Assembly (NCBI GenBank): GCA_044868005.1
Contig: JBIOVX010000237.1
Location: forward strand, 3,852 to 67,851
Length of the DNA stretch: 64,000 nt
From: Thermoanaerobaculia bacterium
GTDB taxonomy: Bacteria; Acidobacteriota; Thermoanaerobaculia; Multivoradales; UBA5704
Direction: 5' to 3'
Shown one piece after another: positions 34,288 through 43,103 of this stretch. How positions within the stretch are numbered: position 1 is the stretch's first letter; each line of letters starts with the position of its first letter. The notes beneath the pieces were generated by a model. It had not been told where the DNA came from. It saw only the letters and a list, made by a program, of their open reading frames with translations, and did not search any database. Both the position numbers and the translations under genes were made by a program.

Positions 34288-34444
34288 GGGCGGAGCTAGC
34301 TTGCCCTTTACGCGAAATCTCCCGGCGCGCAATGAAGCTTGCGGAGAGAGCTGGCCTGCGCGAAACCCTTTTTGCAAGGCCCAGCATCTTGGGCCGGCCG
34401 GCTCGAAGGAAAACGTGGCAGGTCCGAGTCCTACCTAGGTAGGT

Positions 34445-35824
34445 TTATTTACGGATTCGAGGGCGAGCTTTTCCGGCTCCTCCGTGCGATCTCTTCCCGG
34501 CTCCTCTTGCGCGGCCTGATTCGGCCTCTCTTGTGTGAGGTGCCGGAGACTTGAACTGCTCCAGCTCTGCGAGGGCTGATTCGGCGTAGGTCACAATCTC
34601 GTTTAGGGCGCTGCGTCGAACGGTGTCACGGACGCTCGCGTCCAACACTAGGTCGGCTGCTCTGTAAGCCACCAGTTGCTTGAGGATGCGGAACGTTGGT
34701 TCCTTAATCGGCAGCCCGATATCGCCGTCGATGCCAAACTGGCTGCCAAGATCGACCAGCCGGACGATCTCCTCGATGAAGCGCTCAATCGGCGGTCTGG
34801 GTCGGGGACGAAGCGAGCGAGGCCATGGCCATATCGTATCCGGAAAGACAATCGGCCTATAACTTACTCGTATCGTGGCCCTCTGTTCTTCTGGGTTGAT
34901 GTTCACAACCTCTACACGCTTATATGGCCGGTGTGATACGTTCGAAGAGTCGCCATACTCAAACACACTGCCCTCAACAAAGTCATTTGCGTCCTTGCTG
35001 CCTAGCAGGTAGGAGTGATTGTCCCAAAAGTAGTGCATCAGGATCGCGGCGCGTGGGATGGCCGCATCCCATCCGGCTGTTGTTCGGAACTCGATCAAGG
35101 TGCCGCCGGGCAGCTCTGCCGCGAGGAGTCCGGGCAGGTCGCGCCGGTGTAGCGGTCGCAGCTCAACGACCTCCTCGCTGAACCCTTGCGAAGTTGAGCT
35201 CCATACGCGCGACTCGTCCAACCAACCAAGCCGGCGCATATTGGCGGCGTTCATGCCAGGTCCGATCTCGGTGTAGTTGCTGTCCGGTGCGATATGGCAA
35301 GTATTCCAGGTACTCATGATGTCCCAGGGGTCTTGGTAGTCCTCCGTTGAGCCCTCGCGTCGGGAGTGGTCTAGGCCGTACCCGTGCGCCATTTCTTGTC
35401 CTAGCGCGGTCGGTCGAAACGATCCCGGGTCGCAAACAACAGCCCGACCCCCCAATATGCCGAACAGATCGGTTAGGACGTTCATGCAGACCACGACCCC
35501 GTAGAAGGCGTTCAAGTCAACCCCCTGCCCTGCCGCAGTGCGCTTGGCGAGGTCAACCAGCGCCCCGCGGTCGACCTGGCCCGTGGATGGCGTCGCATTG
35601 CCGACGTATGCGCTTAGGCTTTGGGGCAGCGTGAACCAGCCGAAGACCTGAGAGCCCGTCAAGTCTAGGTTGCCGTGCGACATGTGATCGAAGAACTCGA
35701 CCATATTTCTAGTTCCCGCACCCGCCGGCGTGAATAGCTTCTCGAAGAAGCTGCGTGGTCGCGGCTCCGCGTTCTGATCGTTCCACTTGCAGAGAAGCAC
35801 CGCCCAAGGCGTTTTCTTGGCCAT
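34445..35824 (-). CDS. Cytoplasmic metzincin/M6-like peptidase-fold protein with variant zinc motif (QEMAHGYGLDH)
   Basis: ORF 34445..35824 (-) in a low-GC islet, with GGAGG upstream. The N-terminus AVLLCKWNDQ...FFEKLF...MVEFFDHMSHGNLDLTGSQVFGWFTLPQS resembles the M6 (InhA-like) metalloprotease domain. nt 35366..35398 encode QEMAHGYGLDH where HExxHxxGxxH is expected. No signal peptide. The C-terminus is helical with an Arg/Lys-rich tail. Confidence 0.6.
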   Translation of the reverse strand: MAKKTPWAVLLCKWNDQNAEPRPRSFFEKLFTPAGAGTRNMVEFFDHMSHGNLDLTGSQVFGWFTLPQSLSAYVGNATPSTGQVDRGALVDLAKRTAAGQGVDLNAFYGVVVCMNVLTDLFGILGGRAVVCDPGSFRPTALGQEMAHGYGLDHSRREGSTEDYQDPWDIMSTWNTCHIAPDSNYTEIGPGMNAANMRRLGWLDESRVWSSTSQGFSEEVVELRPLHRRDLPGLLAAELPGGTLIEFRTTAGWDAAIPRAAILMHYFWDNHSYLLGSKDANDFVEGSVFEYGDSSNVSHRPYKRVEVVNINPEEQRATIRVSYRPIVFPDTIWPWPRSLRPRPRPPIERFIEEIVRLVDLGSQFGIDGDIGLPIKEPTFRILKQLVAYRAADLVLDASVRDTVRRSALNEIVTYAESALAELEQFKSPAPHTREAESGRARGAGKRSHGGAGKARPRIRK

Positions 35825-36003
35825 CGCTACCTCCTATCGCTAAGTATCGACAGGTGACTTGCTCGGACCCTTCACTCGGCGCCATCTCGGACTGCGTTCG
35901 GCCACTGTTCCTCAGGTCGGTATATTGTGTCAATGTTATGAAGTAGTTTGCAAGTGATTATGGAGACGGCCGGTGTTCGACCTGTGCGAGGAGCCGGACA
36001 GCT

Positions 36004-36972
36004 TCATCTCGGCCGTTCGCCCACTCGTGACTCAGGATGTCTCCGGCCCACCCCCACCTCTTCCAACACCTCCGACAGCTTCTCGCCGCCGCTACGCACC
36101 GCGAAGTCGAGCGTGCGGATGGGGAAGGGAATCGTGATGCCGTTCTCGTCGAAGGCGCGCTTCAGCCGTTCGATCGCCTCGCTGCGGGCCGCGAGATAGT
36201 CCGCCTGCTTGAAGGTGAAATCGATCCAGAAGCGCACCACGAGATGGATAGAGCTGCCTCCGAATTCCTCGAAGAAGAGCTCCACGTCCGTATCCGCCTT
36301 GCGCGTCGACACCTGCCTGACGGCGCGGGTCGCGACCCGCCTCACCTTCTCCAGATCGTCGCCGTAGGAGACCCCGACCTCGAGATCGATCCGCCGCGTC
36401 CCTGTCGTGCTGTAGTTGGTGATCGGGTTTTCGAACACCTGCTTGTTGGGGATTAGCAGGACCTGTCCCTGCTGGGTCCGCAGCTCCGTCCAGCGCAGGT
36501 GCACCCGCTTCACGATGCCGAGGAAGTCCTGGCTCTGGATGAGATGGCCGGTGCGGAAAGGACGCTGGATCGAAAGGTAGATCCCCGCCATGAAATTGGT
36601 GGCGATGTCCTGGAAGGCGAGGCCGAGCGCGAGGCCGAGGATGCCGGCGCCGGCGAGCAGCGAGGCCACCGTCTTCTGCAAGCCGAGGATGCCGAGGGAG
36701 ACGAAGAAGCCGGCGGCGACGAAGGCCAGGTACACCGTCTGGCAGATCAGGCGGTTGACCTGCTCGCTGTGCGAGACGCGCCGCAGCAGGCGGGCGGAGA
36801 GATTCCGAGCGAGCCGGGCGAACAGCCAGAAGGCGAGGAGGACGAGCACCGCGACGACCAGGTTCGGCAGGGCCAGGATGAAGCTCCGGACCCATCCAGT
36901 CAGCTTGGCGGTGAGCAGGCTCCACGCCTTGGAAATACCCATGCCGGGAGTTTTTTGCAACCTTCGCGCCAT
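36004..36972 (-). CDS. Mechanosensitive ion channel (MscS family)
   Basis: ORF 36004..36972 (-). Three N-terminal TM helices. The conserved beta domain is FRTGHLIQSQDFLGIVKRVHLRWTELRTQQGQVLLIPNKQVF. Confidence 0.9.
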   Translation of the reverse strand: MARRLQKTPGMGISKAWSLLTAKLTGWVRSFILALPNLVVAVLVLLAFWLFARLARNLSARLLRRVSHSEQVNRLICQTVYLAFVAAGFFVSLGILGLQKTVASLLAGAGILGLALGLAFQDIATNFMAGIYLSIQRPFRTGHLIQSQDFLGIVKRVHLRWTELRTQQGQVLLIPNKQVFENPITNYSTTGTRRIDLEVGVSYGDDLEKVRRVATRAVRQVSTRKADTDVELFFEEFGGSSIHLVVRFWIDFTFKQADYLAARSEAIERLKRAFDENGITIPFPIRTLDFAVRSGGEKLSEVLEEVGVGRRHPESRVGERPR

Positions 36973-37027
36973 TCCTGCGTCTGATCTACGTTATCCTTTG
37001 ATTCCTCGGGACTTACAGGAGGCTGAA

Positions 37028-38158
37028 ATGGAGAAAACCCTTCACCGCCGCGCTCCGGCCGTGATCCTTGCTGCCGCCTTGGCCGGTCTGGCGCCATCCG
37101 CGCCGTCCGCCCAGGAAAGCCAGGAGCCCACCGCGGAAAAGGAGTTCAAGAACATCCAGGTCCTCAAAGACATGCCCGCTTCGCAGCTCATGCCGGTCAT
37201 GCATCTGATGCGGTCCTCGCTCGGCGTTCACTGCGACTTCTGCCACGTGGCGGAGAACGGCAAATACGACCTGGACACCAAGAAGAACAAGGAAACGGCC
37301 CGCAAGATGATCCGCATGGTGATGGCGATCAACCGCGAGAACTTCGAAGGCCAGACTCGGGTCACCTGCAACACCTGTCACCGCGGCCAGGAGCATCCCG
37401 TGCGCGTGCCCCCGATCGGCCAGGGACTGTTCGTCGACACGACGCGGAGCGACCTGGAGCCGGCGCCGGAGAAGCTGCCGGAGGTGACCGCGGTGCTCGA
37501 CCGTTACATTGCCGCGCTCGGCGGCCGCGCGGCGCTGGAGGCGGTCACCAGCCGGGTGTCGCGCGGCACTCTCCTGCGCCCCGCCGTGGTGGACTCGGGC
37601 ACGCCGAAGGCGCGGGCGGTCAACCGCGGCCGGGAGGATCCGCTGGAGATGGTCCAGGAGGCCCCCGGCAAGCTGACGCTGATCGTCGGCCCGCCTGATC
37701 GGCGGATCGTCCAGACGTTCGACGGCGTTTCCGGCACGCTCAAGACTCCCGACGGCGAGCGTCCCTTGGCGCCGGAAGAGATCGCCCGCGCCGCCGCGCT
37801 GGCCGATCTGCGCAAGGAGCTGACGCTGCGCGACCGGGCGGTCAAAGGCAGGGTGACGGGGAAGGACAAGATCGACGGGCGGGACGTGATCCTGGTGCGA
37901 GACACCGCGGCCGACGGCAATCCCGAAACCCTCGCCTTCGACGCCGAGACCGGCCTGCTGCGGCGCCGGATCGTCTACCAGCCGATCTTCCTGGGACCGG
38001 ACCCCGAGCAGACCGATTACGAGGATTACCGCGACGTCGGCGGCGTCAAGGTGCCGTTCATCGTGAAGACGTCGTACCTCGACGACAACCATCTGGGGAC
38101 GACGCGGAAGCTGGCCGAGGTGCGGAACAACGTGGCCGCCACTGGGGAGCCGAAGTAG
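37028..38158 (+). CDS. c-type cytochrome (reaction-centre cytochrome-c-subunit-like, 2 CxxCH)
   Basis: Within ORF 36590..38158. ATG 37028 (MEKTLHRRAPAVILAAALAG) has GGAGG upstream. FKNIQVLKDMPASQLMPVMHLMRSSLGVHCDFCH and RVTCNTCH match the PRC cytochrome c family pattern. The C-terminal ~250 aa are unassigned. Confidence 0.65.
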   Translation: MEKTLHRRAPAVILAAALAGLAPSAPSAQESQEPTAEKEFKNIQVLKDMPASQLMPVMHLMRSSLGVHCDFCHVAENGKYDLDTKKNKETARKMIRMVMAINRENFEGQTRVTCNTCHRGQEHPVRVPPIGQGLFVDTTRSDLEPAPEKLPEVTAVLDRYIAALGGRAALEAVTSRVSRGTLLRPAVVDSGTPKARAVNRGREDPLEMVQEAPGKLTLIVGPPDRRIVQTFDGVSGTLKTPDGERPLAPEEIARAAALADLRKELTLRDRAVKGRVTGKDKIDGRDVILVRDTAADGNPETLAFDAETGLLRRRIVYQPIFLGPDPEQTDYEDYRDVGGVKVPFIVKTSYLDDNHLGTTRKLAEVRNNVAATGEPK

Positions 38159-38164
38159 CGAGGC

Positions 38165-38629
38165 CTACTCGGCCAATGTCGCCAGATCAATGATCTCGAT
38201 CTCGGATGCAAAGCGAGCGAAGTCGGCGGTGTTCGCTGTAACCAGCTTCGTCACTCCGGAAGCAAGAGCCGTCGCAACTACGTTGGCGTCGTGAATCTGC
38301 TTGCCGAGACAGCCATAGGATGCGATCAAGCCGCGCAGGCGATCCCATACGGACTCGCCTTCCACGAGCAGGCGCATCCGCCCGCGAAAGGCCTCGACGT
38401 TCGCAAGAGCGTCGGTGGGGCCAAGGTCCAGGCCATTTACCTCGACCGGCCGGGTGGCGACGACGAGGTATTCGCGCAATACCTGGCTGCTGGCCGCCAG
38501 AACGACTCCACGGTTTGGCCACTCGTTGAGCACGGTCAACGCGGCGCGGTGGAGGGGGCGAAGCGGAGCCGTTGCGGACAGCAGGACGTTCGTATCGACC
38601 AGAACCACCCTATCGTCCATCATCGCCAT
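38165..38629 (-). CDS. vapC: PIN-domain toxin (VapC-like)
   Basis: ORF 38165..38629 (-). VVLVDTNVLLSA at the N-terminus and later acidic residues (IHDANVVATA) fit a PIN fold. It overlaps the upstream antitoxin gene by 20 nt. Confidence 0.8.
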   Translation of the reverse strand: MAMMDDRVVLVDTNVLLSATAPLRPLHRAALTVLNEWPNRGVVLAASSQVLREYLVVATRPVEVNGLDLGPTDALANVEAFRGRMRLLVEGESVWDRLRGLIASYGCLGKQIHDANVVATALASGVTKLVTANTADFARFASEIEIIDLATLAE

Positions 38630-38840
38630 AGATATCCTCGCGTCGCCAACGGGCCGGCGGCGAAGCCTGGGACAGCCTCAGGTCGAGGGGAGGTAGGGGC
38701 GCAGAGGGAGGTTCCTCTCGGGCGACTGCGGCGAGGATGTAGCGGAGCTCGCCTTCCAGAGAGCGCTCGTGTCTGGCCGCTCGCCGCTTGAGGGCAGAAA
38801 CGACTTCAGGCGGAACATCTCGAATCTGAAGGGCTGGCAT
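38610..38840 (-). CDS. Ribbon-helix-helix antitoxin (FitA/VapB-like)
   Basis: ORF 38610..38840 (-). MPALQIRDVPPEVVSALKRRAARHERSLEGELRYIL is the typical Arc/MetJ-type antitoxin N-terminus. Confidence 0.75.
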   Translation of the reverse strand: MPALQIRDVPPEVVSALKRRAARHERSLEGELRYILAAVAREEPPSAPLPPLDLRLSQASPPARWRREDIYGDDGR

Positions 38841-38846
38841 AGACGG

Positions 38847-38872
38847 ATGCTAGCACATGCAAAATGCTAGCG
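38847..38872. promoter_or_regulatory. Candidate TA operator/promoter: direct repeat ATGCTAGC(A/G) x2
   Basis: ATGCTAGCA (38847..38855) and ATGCTAGCG (38864..38872); each contains the palindrome GCTAGC. On the reverse strand, TAGCAT lies 6 nt before the antitoxin ATG (38840), with no Shine-Dalgarno. Confidence 0.4.
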
Positions 38873-38986
38873 CCAATAGCTCCGCCAACTCCAGCGCCAT
38901 GCCGCGGGCGCCGATGCACAGCCCCGCGCGTGAGGAGCTCGCGGCGCGAGGGCAGCCGGACGCAAGACCCTGTCGGAGCACGTCGG

Positions 38987-39727
38987 TCATGAAGGCAACT
39001 TCCTTGCCGGCACCAGCGCTTCCCAGAAGCGGACCTCGTTCATCACGCCGATCTCGGGATCCTCGGCGAACTGCTCCAGACCGGCGAAGACCCGCAATCG
39101 CCCGTCCCGCAGGTGGGCGAAGCGGTCGCCCATGAGGATCGCCTCCTTGAGGTCGTGCGTGACGAACAGGGAGGTGATGCGGTAGGCGGCGGCCACGCGC
39201 TTGAACAGCGCCTGCATGCCGGCGCGGGTCTCGGCGTCGAGGTTGCCGAAAGGCTCGTCGAGCAGGAGCAGAGCCGGCTGCACGATCAGGGCACGGCCGA
39301 AGGAGACCCGCTGCCGCTGGCCGCCGGAGATCTGGTGCGGCCGCTTGCGGGCGTGGGGCTCCAGCTCCAGGCTGGCGATCATCTCCGCCACCCGCCGCTC
39401 CAGCTCGCCGCCGCGCACGCCGCGCAGGCGCAGCCCGAAGGCGACGTTCTCCCAGACGTCCAGGTGCGGGAAGAGCAGCGGCTCCTGGTAGAGGTAGACG
39501 ACGCCCCGGCTCTCGGGCGGCACGCCGTCGAGGCGCCGGCCGTCGAGCAGCAGCTCGCCGCGGTCGGCAGGCTGCAGGCCGGCGATGATCTTCAGCAGGG
39601 TCGTCTTGCCGGTGCCCGAGCGGCCGAGCACGCTCACCGTCTCGTCATGCGACAGATCGAAGGAGACGTCCTCCAGGACCGGCTCGGAGCCGAACGATTT
39701 CGAAAGGCCGCGGATCTCGAGGAACAC
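38987..39727 (-). CDS. ABC transporter ATP-binding protein
   Basis: ORF 38987..39727 (-). Walker A GRSGTGKTT, signature ISGGQRQRV, Walker B LLLLDEPF. Confidence 0.9.
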   Translation of the reverse strand: MFLEIRGLSKSFGSEPVLEDVSFDLSHDETVSVLGRSGTGKTTLLKIIAGLQPADRGELLLDGRRLDGVPPESRGVVYLYQEPLLFPHLDVWENVAFGLRLRGVRGGELERRVAEMIASLELEPHARKRPHQISGGQRQRVSFGRALIVQPALLLLDEPFGNLDAETRAGMQALFKRVAAAYRITSLFVTHDLKEAILMGDRFAHLRDGRLRVFAGLEQFAEDPEIGVMNEVRFWEALVPARKLPS

Positions 39728-39729
39728 GC

Positions 39730-40488
39730 CTATACCGCCCGGAAGAGGAACCGCTTGTTGAGCCAGAGCACCAGCACCGGCGGCACGACGAGCAGGCAGC
39801 TCGCGAGAGCGGCGTAGAACACGTTGGCCTCGCCGATGAAGTCGTAGACCTTGAGGGGTAGCGTCTTCACCCGTCCGCTACCGACGAGAACCGTGAGGCC
39901 GTACTGGAACCACGAGATCAGGAAGGTCTGGAAGAAGCCGAGCAGCAGCGTGCCGCGCGAGAGGGGGATGAGGACGCGCCGGTAGACCTGCCAGGTGCCG
40001 CCGCCCAGGGTGCGCACGAGGTCCTCCAGCGCTCGCATGCGCGGGCTCCACAGCGACTGGAAGAGGACGATGGCGAAGGCGTAGGCGAAGATCGTCTGCG
40101 CCAGCACCACGCCGGCGACGGTGCCCGAGAGCCCCGCCTGGATGGCTACGTAGAGCAGGCAGACCCCCAGGATGACGGGCGACAGCGCGAAGGGGACATA
40201 GGCGAGGAAGAGCAGCAGTCGCCGCCGCGGGTGGTAGGCCACGTGCTTCGAGGTGACGTAGCCGCAGACGGTGGAGAGCAGGGCCACGGAGGCCGAGATC
40301 AGCACCGAGACGCCGAGGCTCGCCGCGAGCCCGCCGCGCCCGGAGAGGACGGCCGTCCAGCGCGCCGCCGTCCAGCGCGACGGCAGCACGTGCGGAAACG
40401 GCCACGCGCCGGCGAAGGAGAGCGCGGCGAGGACGATGAAAGGCAGCAGGCAGAGGAACACCACGAGGGCGGCGAGGAGCCTCTTCAC
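39730..40488 (-). CDS. ABC transporter permease
   Basis: ORF 39730..40752 (-). Start trimmed to GTG 40488 (VKRLLAALVVFLCLL), overlapping the upstream permease stop as GTGA. Six-TM binding-protein-dependent permease pattern (EDLVRTLGGGTWQVYRRVLIPL). Confidence 0.8.
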   Translation of the reverse strand: MKRLLAALVVFLCLLPFIVLAALSFAGAWPFPHVLPSRWTAARWTAVLSGRGGLAASLGVSVLISASVALLSTVCGYVTSKHVAYHPRRRLLLFLAYVPFALSPVILGVCLLYVAIQAGLSGTVAGVVLAQTIFAYAFAIVLFQSLWSPRMRALEDLVRTLGGGTWQVYRRVLIPLSRGTLLLGFFQTFLISWFQYGLTVLVGSGRVKTLPLKVYDFIGEANVFYAALASCLLVVPPVLVLWLNKRFLFRAV

Positions 40489-41330
40489 CCATCCATCCTC
40501 GACCTGCGGAACAAGCCGGCGACGAGCGCCATGACGGCGGCGGTGTAGAGCAGGGCCACTACGAAGGCCTCGGGCTTCTGCGCCAGGTCGAACGAGGCGA
40601 ACTTGCGCATCGTCAGCACGGAGAGCATCTGCGGCGCCTGGCGGCCGAGGAGCAGGGGGATCTCGTAGGAGCCCAGCACCAAGACGAAGAGGAGCGCCAG
40701 GTTCGTGCCCGCGGCGTGCAGCAGCAGCGGCACCGCCACCCGCCACCGGCACTGGCGCGAGCTGGCGCCGAGCGAGCGGGCGAGGGCCGCCAGCTCCTCC
40801 ACCCGCTCGCTCTCGTAGAGCCTGGCGAAGAGCAGGGCGAAGAAGGGAGCGGCGAGGGCGGTGTGAGTCAGCACGATGCCCACCGCCCAGCGGTCCTGTA
40901 CCAGGGGGATGAAGCCCGCCGGCCCCCGCAGCAGCCCCAGCCGCAGCAGGGCCCGCGCCACGACCCCGCCGCCGGTGAGCATCTGGAAGGTGAAGAACGC
41001 CGCCACGGCGCCCGGCAACGCCAGCGGCAGGTAGAGGGCGTGCCCGAGCAGGCCGCGGTCCAGCCGGCCCGGAAAGGCGAGGGTCAGGGCGAGGCCGAGG
41101 GCTGCCGTGAGCGCCACCACCGCCGCGGCCACGGCGGCGCTCAGGGCCACGGATTCCCAGATCTCCCGGCTGCCCAGCACGGCGAGCCAGGAGCGGGCGG
41201 TGAGCCCCTCGCGCAGCAGGCCGGCGAGCCCGAGGCTGTAGAGCAGGGCGTAGAGGAGGCTCGCCGCGATCGGCAGCACGGCGAGCGCGAGGAACAGCAA
41301 CAGCCCCAGCGTGCCCGACCTACTTCTCAA
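40485..41330 (-). CDS. ABC transporter permease
   Basis: ORF 40485..41330 (-). Multi-TM with the EAA-like loop EELAALARSLGASSRQCRWRVAVPLL. It overlaps the SBP gene end by 11 nt. Confidence 0.85.
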   Translation of the reverse strand: MRSRSGTLGLLLFLALAVLPIAASLLYALLYSLGLAGLLREGLTARSWLAVLGSREIWESVALSAAVAAAVVALTAALGLALTLAFPGRLDRGLLGHALYLPLALPGAVAAFFTFQMLTGGGVVARALLRLGLLRGPAGFIPLVQDRWAVGIVLTHTALAAPFFALLFARLYESERVEELAALARSLGASSRQCRWRVAVPLLLHAAGTNLALLFVLVLGSYEIPLLLGRQAPQMLSVLTMRKFASFDLAQKPEAFVVALLYTAAVMALVAGLFRRSRMDG

Positions 41331-42558
41331 GGACCTCTTTCCGGAAGTCGTCGAACATGCGGATCATGTACTCGGCGGCGGGCTCGCGCAGCGCCTTCGG
41401 CAGGATCTCGGACCGCTTCGGCGAGAACCGCCGCTGCGGCACGTTCTCGAACTTCGTTCGCCACTCGGCGGGCAGGCGGGCGAGGTCGAGCGCCGTGCCG
41501 TCTCCCCACACGACCGGCTTGTGCTTCTCGTACTGCGCCTCGGGCGAGATGAAGAAGTTCAGCGTCACCAGCGCGCCGGCGAGGTGCGGCGACCGCCTGG
41601 CGATCCCCATGTAGTGCGAGTTCAGGATCGTCCCAGAGTCGAGCACGTAGGCGCGGGAGGTCTCCGGCAGCAGCCCCTGGATCACCTTGTTGTCCACCTC
41701 GCCGTCGTTGTTGCTCATGGTGAAGTCCACCTCGCCCGCCGCGAAGAGCTGGTGGAGCTGGGCGACGCTCGCCGGGAAGGTCTCGCCCCGCTTCCAGAAG
41801 TATGGCTTCAGGCCGTTCACCCACTCCCAGAGCTCCGCCGAGACGCGCTTGTACTTGGCCTCGTCGAACGGCCCGTCGAGCGAGCCCGGACCGCCGGCCA
41901 TGTCGATCATCAGCGACTTCAGGAAGGTCATGCCGCAGAAGGAGGTGTCGAAGGTGAAGCGGCCGGGATGCGCCTTCACCCAGGCGGCGAGCTGCCGGCG
42001 GTCGCGGGGCGGCTCCTGCACGCGCGCGCCGTCGTAGATGAGCGCGAGCTGGACGTTGCCCCACGGGCACTCGTATCCTTTCACCTCCTGCTGGAAGTCG
42101 TAGCGGATGAAAGGGTTCGTGAAGTCGATGTAGCGGGCGTTGGGGAGCTTCGCCGTGAACGGGCCGAAGAGGGCGTCGATCTGGCGGAGCTGATAGAAGG
42201 TCTCGCCGTTGATCCACATCAGGTCGGTGCCGCTCTGCTCCTTGCCGGCCTCCATCTCCGTCATCAGCGTGGAGACGATCTGGCTCCCCTGGCCGCTGAC
42301 GACGTCGAGGTCGATGCCGTGCCGCTGCTTCAGGCGCGGCGACACCCAGTCGTTCATGTAGGCGTTGATGAACGGGTCGCCCATCCACATGGTCAGCGTG
42401 ACCTTCTGCCCGCGCGCCTCGCGCTCGATCTCCGCCCAGGGGCGCGAGAGGAGATCCGCTGCAGTCTTTCCCTTCTCAGGCGCGCTCGGGCCACAACCGG
42501 AACAACCGGCGAGGAGGCCGAGGAGGACGGCGAAGGACAGGATGGCAGGGCGTGTCAC
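41320..42558 (-). CDS. ABC transporter substrate-binding lipoprotein (YnjB-like)
   Basis: ORF 41320..42558 (-), GTG start. Lipoprotein signal MTRPAILSFAVLLGLLAGC. Periplasmic-binding-protein-like sequence (VTLTMWMGDPFINAYMNDWVSPRLKQRHGIDLDVV...). The YnjB resemblance is from memory. Confidence 0.8.
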   Translation of the reverse strand: MTRPAILSFAVLLGLLAGCSGCGPSAPEKGKTAADLLSRPWAEIEREARGQKVTLTMWMGDPFINAYMNDWVSPRLKQRHGIDLDVVSGQGSQIVSTLMTEMEAGKEQSGTDLMWINGETFYQLRQIDALFGPFTAKLPNARYIDFTNPFIRYDFQQEVKGYECPWGNVQLALIYDGARVQEPPRDRRQLAAWVKAHPGRFTFDTSFCGMTFLKSLMIDMAGGPGSLDGPFDEAKYKRVSAELWEWVNGLKPYFWKRGETFPASVAQLHQLFAAGEVDFTMSNNDGEVDNKVIQGLLPETSRAYVLDSGTILNSHYMGIARRSPHLAGALVTLNFFISPEAQYEKHKPVVWGDGTALDLARLPAEWRTKFENVPQRRFSPKRSEILPKALREPAAEYMIRMFDDFRKEVLEK

Positions 42559-42564
42559 GCCTCG

Positions 42565-42695
42565 CTACTCTACAGCCAAGGCGATCTGATTGGCGAACGC
42601 CTCCAGAAGGTGGAGCTGCTCGGGGGAGACGAGCCACTGCGGGTCCGCCGGATGGACGCCGAGCACGCCGACGCCGGTGAGGTGCGCAAAGCCTC
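42565..42695 (-). pseudogene. kdpD: kdpD fragment (end of GAF-like region only)
   Basis: Reverse-strand frame reads RGFAHLTGVGVLGVHPADPQWLVSPEQLHLLEAFANQIALAVE-stop. This matches the KdpD segment recalled as ...GVL.V.......L.PEQ..LLETF...IA.ALER. No start, no TM region and no kinase core are attached. Confidence 0.7.
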
Positions 42696-42697
42696 TC

Positions 42698-43000
42698 TTA
42701 CTGGGTGATGCGGATGACTAGCCAGTCGGAGAGGACTCGGGCGCCGCCGGCGACCGAGCCGTGGTCGCTTCCGCGCTCGCAGATCACCGGCGTGCTCTCG
42801 CCGCCGACCGCGGGCTCGTTGACCAGGGCGACACCCTCGATCACCTCGCCGTCTCCCGGCACGACGTCGCCCGCTTCGACGAGTACGTAATCTCCTTGGT
42901 ATAGATCAGTCGAGGCAATCGGCGTGTAGGTGGCATCGTGCCGCGGCTCCCAGAGCTGCTTGGCGATCCTGGTACGGCGGGTCGTGGCTGGCATACCCAA
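42698..43000 (-). pseudogene. kdpB: kdpB fragment (actuator-domain region of the K+-transporting P-type ATPase)
   Basis: ORF 42698..43000 (-). DLYQGDYVLVEAGDVVPGDGEVIEGVALVNEPAVGGESTPVICERGSDHGSVAGGARVLSDWLVIRITQ parallels E. coli KdpB [65 protein letters not shown]. Only ~90 of ~680 residues are present, and TGES has degraded to GGES. Confidence 0.85.
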
Positions 43001-43103
43001 AGCATCGAAGACCGCGCCTTAGGAAGTCCGCAGGAAGATCGAAAGATTTTCTAAAGATTTTTCCGCTTGGGCTGAAAACGATTGACGTTGGCTCGGCCTG
43101 CGC

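Noticed and set aside
34414-34442. tRNA-like T-arm (GGCAGGTCCGAGTCCTACC) and the 14-nt palindrome CCTACCTAGGTAGG at the edge of the second low-GC islet, as a possible att/tRNA remnant
   Set aside because: I could not build an acceptor stem, anticodon arm or D-arm. No matching repeat was found at the other islet border (35825..36003). The palindrome more likely acts as a hairpin after the stop at 34445.
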